A model generated the notes under the pieces. The model was not told the DNA's origin and made no database searches. It saw nothing but the letters and a program-made list of their open reading frames with translations. The position numbers and the translations under genes are program-made. Of a stretch of 64,000 nt of DNA, positions 60,616-64,000 are shown piece by piece. Each line of letters begins with the position of its first letter. Within the stretch, counting starts at the first letter, position 1. The DNA comes from a virus, in IMG/VR virus record IMGVR_UViG_3300028388_001285, positions 17,998 through 81,997 of that record. One strand, 5' to 3'.

Positions 60616-62007
60616 CTACTCCAGAAGTTTTATTCTGAGGGCATGTTTCTTTAATAATTTTTTCCAATAAGGCTTAGCTTCCTCTTTTGAGAGATGTTCG
60701 ATTGCTGTCACCTTTCCATTGATAAACGTGTAACGTTTTCTTGAAAATAATGGTACATACTCTCCGCTAAAGGCTTTAGTTCTTTCTAAGCTTGAGGCTG
60801 ATGTATCGTAATGAAACGAATTATAGTACTTCAAATCCTCCATCGGACTTAAGGCACCTACCCATAGCGGGCCAGCGTTATGCCCACTGAGATCTAACAC
60901 GGTCATATTCTTGTAGATTTCTTCGGAAGTGTTTTCCATTAAAGAAGTAGCAGCTACTCCATTCTTAAGTAGTACTCCCTTATGGAACCACAGTTGATAC
61001 AATGGAATATTCTCTTTAAGTGGTGTTCCGCTGATATCCACAAGCTCTCCGTCTCTTTCACTGTAAAAGATACCATGTTCATCGACAATTACCTTATCAT
61101 GGAGTCTAGTCCCCCTTATGCGGTAATGCCCCCAACCATAACTAATCATAAATGCATTAGCAGGGTTAGTAAATCCAGCATCTTTGTAAACGCTGATTTC
61201 CTTAGTGACTTTCTGATTATCTATATTTACCGGAGTTAATCGGCTCATAGAGTAAACAGATTCAACGTAAGAATTTTCAATTCGAAGTAACTCGTTTTTA
61301 GGGAGTTGTTTTACGTATGGAGAGACTGATATCTTTGCAACAGGATCTCGCATTAGATTAGCAAGCAATTCTATAGCTTCTTTATCATCTCCTATCCAGA
61401 TACCGGCAGTACGGTTATTTTCGTCATAGTAAGACAGCTGATATTTAGGGGGAGTTGGGATAGTACTAAAACCATCAAACATCCATAATACACCAGGGTT
61501 GGCGGTATATACCCACCCTATGTCACAGACTCCGTTAAAATCCTCTAGAATGTGCTTAAGCCTGCCTGTAGCGACGTGTTCAGCAATTATGGTAGAATCA
61601 TGCCCAGGGTCTGAAAAGTCTTCAGCATTGAAGATACTACCGTTATGGTAGAACACAACTTCTTTATCACCATCGTAAATAAGTGGCTGAGTATAGTCTG
61701 GATCTTCACTCATACTAAAGCCTTGTCGATAGTGTGCTATGACAGTTTCTTTTTCTCCGGGGAATGTCTTGGGAACAGTAATATGTTTGGTAAGTAATTC
61801 AGTAAAATCCTTGGCAGGGTACATAAACTTATCATCCTCTGCTGGATTCGCATGACGACTACCGTAAATTTTACGATAGTTTCCTAACGAATCAATTACT
61901 ACCAATCCAACACCGTCAAGATCCACATCCACTTTATCGTGGGCTAATAATAGAAATTTCAGGTACGTGGGGTTTAAACCCACGCCCTGATGCATTATTG
62001 ATCTCAT
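60616..62007 (-). CDS. Class II glutamine amidotransferase (Ntn)-like protein, degenerate
   Basis: DGVG, IAHYR, HNGSIFN and DS motifs are present; there is no N-terminal Cys nucleophile. Confidence 0.65.
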   Translation of the reverse strand: MRSIMHQGVGLNPTYLKFLLLAHDKVDVDLDGVGLVVIDSLGNYRKIYGSRHANPAEDDKFMYPAKDFTELLTKHITVPKTFPGEKETVIAHYRQGFSMSEDPDYTQPLIYDGDKEVVFYHNGSIFNAEDFSDPGHDSTIIAEHVATGRLKHILEDFNGVCDIGWVYTANPGVLWMFDGFSTIPTPPKYQLSYYDENNRTAGIWIGDDKEAIELLANLMRDPVAKISVSPYVKQLPKNELLRIENSYVESVYSMSRLTPVNIDNQKVTKEISVYKDAGFTNPANAFMISYGWGHYRIRGTRLHDKVIVDEHGIFYSERDGELVDISGTPLKENIPLYQLWFHKGVLLKNGVAATSLMENTSEEIYKNMTVLDLSGHNAGPLWVGALSPMEDLKYYNSFHYDTSASSLERTKAFSGEYVPLFSRKRYTFINGKVTAIEHLSKEEAKPYWKKLLKKHALRIKLLE

Positions 62008-62912
62008 GCGTGATTTTTTAAGAAATGTGCTTGATTAGAAAGCATTGCTTTACGTTTGATTATCACGGGCAAAGCTCTCTTAATATTGGCTGCGGCATCT
62101 ATCGTGTGTGGGTTATCGAGCGAGATATCACACCCCGGAATACAATCCAGGAATGAAAACTCCTTCTTATACTCGTTGTAACCTACGAAAATAGTTCCAA
62201 GATCAATATCAAGTTCCATCAAACACTGGAGTAGCAGATCCATCACACTATTCCATTCGGTTGGTAAAATAAATTTCTCAACGTAATCAAATTCACCTTC
62301 TTCAGTGAATTGAATGGATGCCGAGTAAATATCTCCATTGTCTCTGTAGACAGTCGGAGTTTTATACTTCCCGCCTTTCTTCTCGTACAAGTTACAGTAC
62401 TTCACTTCCACTCCACGTAACCAAGGTGAGGCTACAATGAAAAATTCATCTGTAGTCATAAAAGCTTTTTCTACGAAGAAGGAATTCCAGTTTCCCTTCC
62501 TTTGTAACTCAGTAACTACTTGTAAGAAATCATCCATATTCATACAGTTGATATCTTCCTGGGTAGTAGCTGCTGATTGTTTTCGAACACTCACCGCACA
62601 ATTAGGGGCAAAATGTTGCATGTATTTATCCAACATAATCTTATTCCCCTGAATAAAATTGGAAAGTGGTGTATGATTTCCCGGAACAGGAAGTCCAGTA
62701 CTTTCCCATAAGTCTCTGACATGCAGCCTGTCCTTTGACATACGAACCGCTAATGGGTCGTTTATTTGTAGTGCAGGACGATTATCAAAAGAACGTGCTC
62801 CACTACCAAGCGAAATATTAGCTCGGAAAGGTAGCTCAGACATGTCTAAAAATAATCGTCTAATATCAGGGCTAAGCCCACAAAAGGTAGGCTTAAAAGT
62901 TCTCTTTCCCAT
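61995..62912 (-). CDS. ATP-grasp (RimK-like) protein, divergent
   Basis: INDPLAVRMSKDRL, GLPVP, FFVEK...EF and LDIDLGTI motifs; adjacent to the amidotransferase. TGA 62004 reads through to TAA 61995-61997. Confidence 0.55.
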
Positions 62913-62925
62913 AATAATATTTTAA

Positions 62926-63918
62926 TTACCAGATAATTGGTTCTTTCTCCAGTTCTTTCTCAAGAACATCGTTGACCATATTGAAACAGTCAATTGCATT
63001 AAACGCCGGAAATTTGTCCGCACATAATGTTTTATTCGCACCTAAAGGTGACGGGTGAGAAGATACAATAAACCTCGAAGAAAGGTCTATGTATTCGATG
63101 TTGTCGGTTATACCAACATCTAACATCTCATCTTCTTTGATTTTCGGCAAATTACGAGTAATTGCGTTAAGAGCATGACCGCCCCATACAACAAAAACTA
63201 TATCATCCCTTTCTAATAGCCTTTTTATTACAGCATCAGTAAAGGGTTTCCATAGTTTGGAATGAGATCCAGCTTTACCTTTTTCTACAGTCAAAGCCGT
63301 ATTTAAAAGTAACACTCCCTGTTTTGGCAAATGTCCAAGCCATGAATAAACTCCTGAGTAACAACCTGGCTTTGTGCTATCGAAACAACGTTTATTAGCC
63401 TCTATGTCTAAGTCATTCCAGTCTTTAACAGTAGTACCTAATTCAGGCATTATCTTTTTAAAGATACTTTTTAATGATGGACTAATACGTACCATACGGT
63501 ACGCTCCTGACACTTTCTTTGAATCCTCAAAGAAATGGTTATCAAAAGCTAATCCAGTAGCTGAACCATCATGATAAGGATCTTCTTGTACTCTCACACG
63601 ATAATCTCTGTCATCAAATACTAACACCTCATCTCTTGCAAACCATTTTTCTTTTCTAATACTTAACTCTATACCTGGTGAGTTTCTTATATCTGTATAC
63701 TCAAAGTCTGTACTTAATGCTAGATTAAAATCGTCATAAGCATTTGTAGCATTATTAAAATCGAATGTACTCTGCTTATTTTCATCCTTATTATTTTGGT
63801 ATTGATAACCAAACTTTACAAAGATTTCTTTTGCTTTTATTTCTCGGTTTTTGAATTTCGCTACATCTTCGTCAATGTTCACTACTTTGTCAAATAAAAA
63901 TAATTCTGTTTGTTTCAT
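62926..63918 (-). CDS. ung: Uracil-DNA glycosylase (family 1) with N-terminal extension
   Basis: Motifs DPYH, ATGLAF, SPSL, QGVLLLNTALTVEKGKAGSH, WG and HPSPL. Confidence 0.92.
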   Translation of the reverse strand: MKQTELFLFDKVVNIDEDVAKFKNREIKAKEIFVKFGYQYQNNKDENKQSTFDFNNATNAYDDFNLALSTDFEYTDIRNSPGIELSIRKEKWFARDEVLVFDDRDYRVRVQEDPYHDGSATGLAFDNHFFEDSKKVSGAYRMVRISPSLKSIFKKIMPELGTTVKDWNDLDIEANKRCFDSTKPGCYSGVYSWLGHLPKQGVLLLNTALTVEKGKAGSHSKLWKPFTDAVIKRLLERDDIVFVVWGGHALNAITRNLPKIKEDEMLDVGITDNIEYIDLSSRFIVSSHPSPLGANKTLCADKFPAFNAIDCFNMVNDVLEKELEKEPIIW

Positions 63919-64000
63919 AATTTAGTTTTGTTCTGTTAATCCCGTACTGCACCTAACAACGTGTATAGTGCATTTTCGTGCCTCAAACGACACCATACAC

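Noticed and set aside
63938-64000. 3' end of a minus-strand gene at the window edge
   Set aside because: Only about 20 codons are visible; no function can be assigned.

Overview
The window is part of a crAss-like (Crassvirales-type) phage genome, probably with a Bacteroidota host. Bases 1-55295 (+) hold the virion module: terminase large subunit (5'-truncated), portal, scaffold, major capsid protein, ring/collar proteins, tail fibres, Cys-rich Ig-like genes, IHF-like protein, muzzle/tail-stabilisation protein, cargo proteins and a giant virion RNA polymerase polyprotein. Bases 55272-64000 (-) hold small hypothetical genes, two PD-(D/E)xK nucleases, a degenerate class II amidotransferase plus ATP-grasp pair, and uracil-DNA glycosylase. 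The key observation is that TGA is read as Trp. More than 30 in-frame TGAs split genes in the ORF track, and several sit at Trp positions, including one provable from an internal repeat. Recoding gives a ~6033-aa vRNAP polyprotein and a ~2650-aa tail fibre, and reveals genes missing from the track (an outer-membrane beta-barrel-like protein and an endonuclease I-like resolvase). The most novel-looking candidates are (i) a run of Ig-like genes split mid-domain, suggesting a donor-strand-complemented, disulfide-locked pilus-like fibre, and (ii) a TM/coiled-coil/PAS gene with a structured RNA leader directly after the capsid gene. Product calls rest on motifs and synteny read by eye; no database searches were run.
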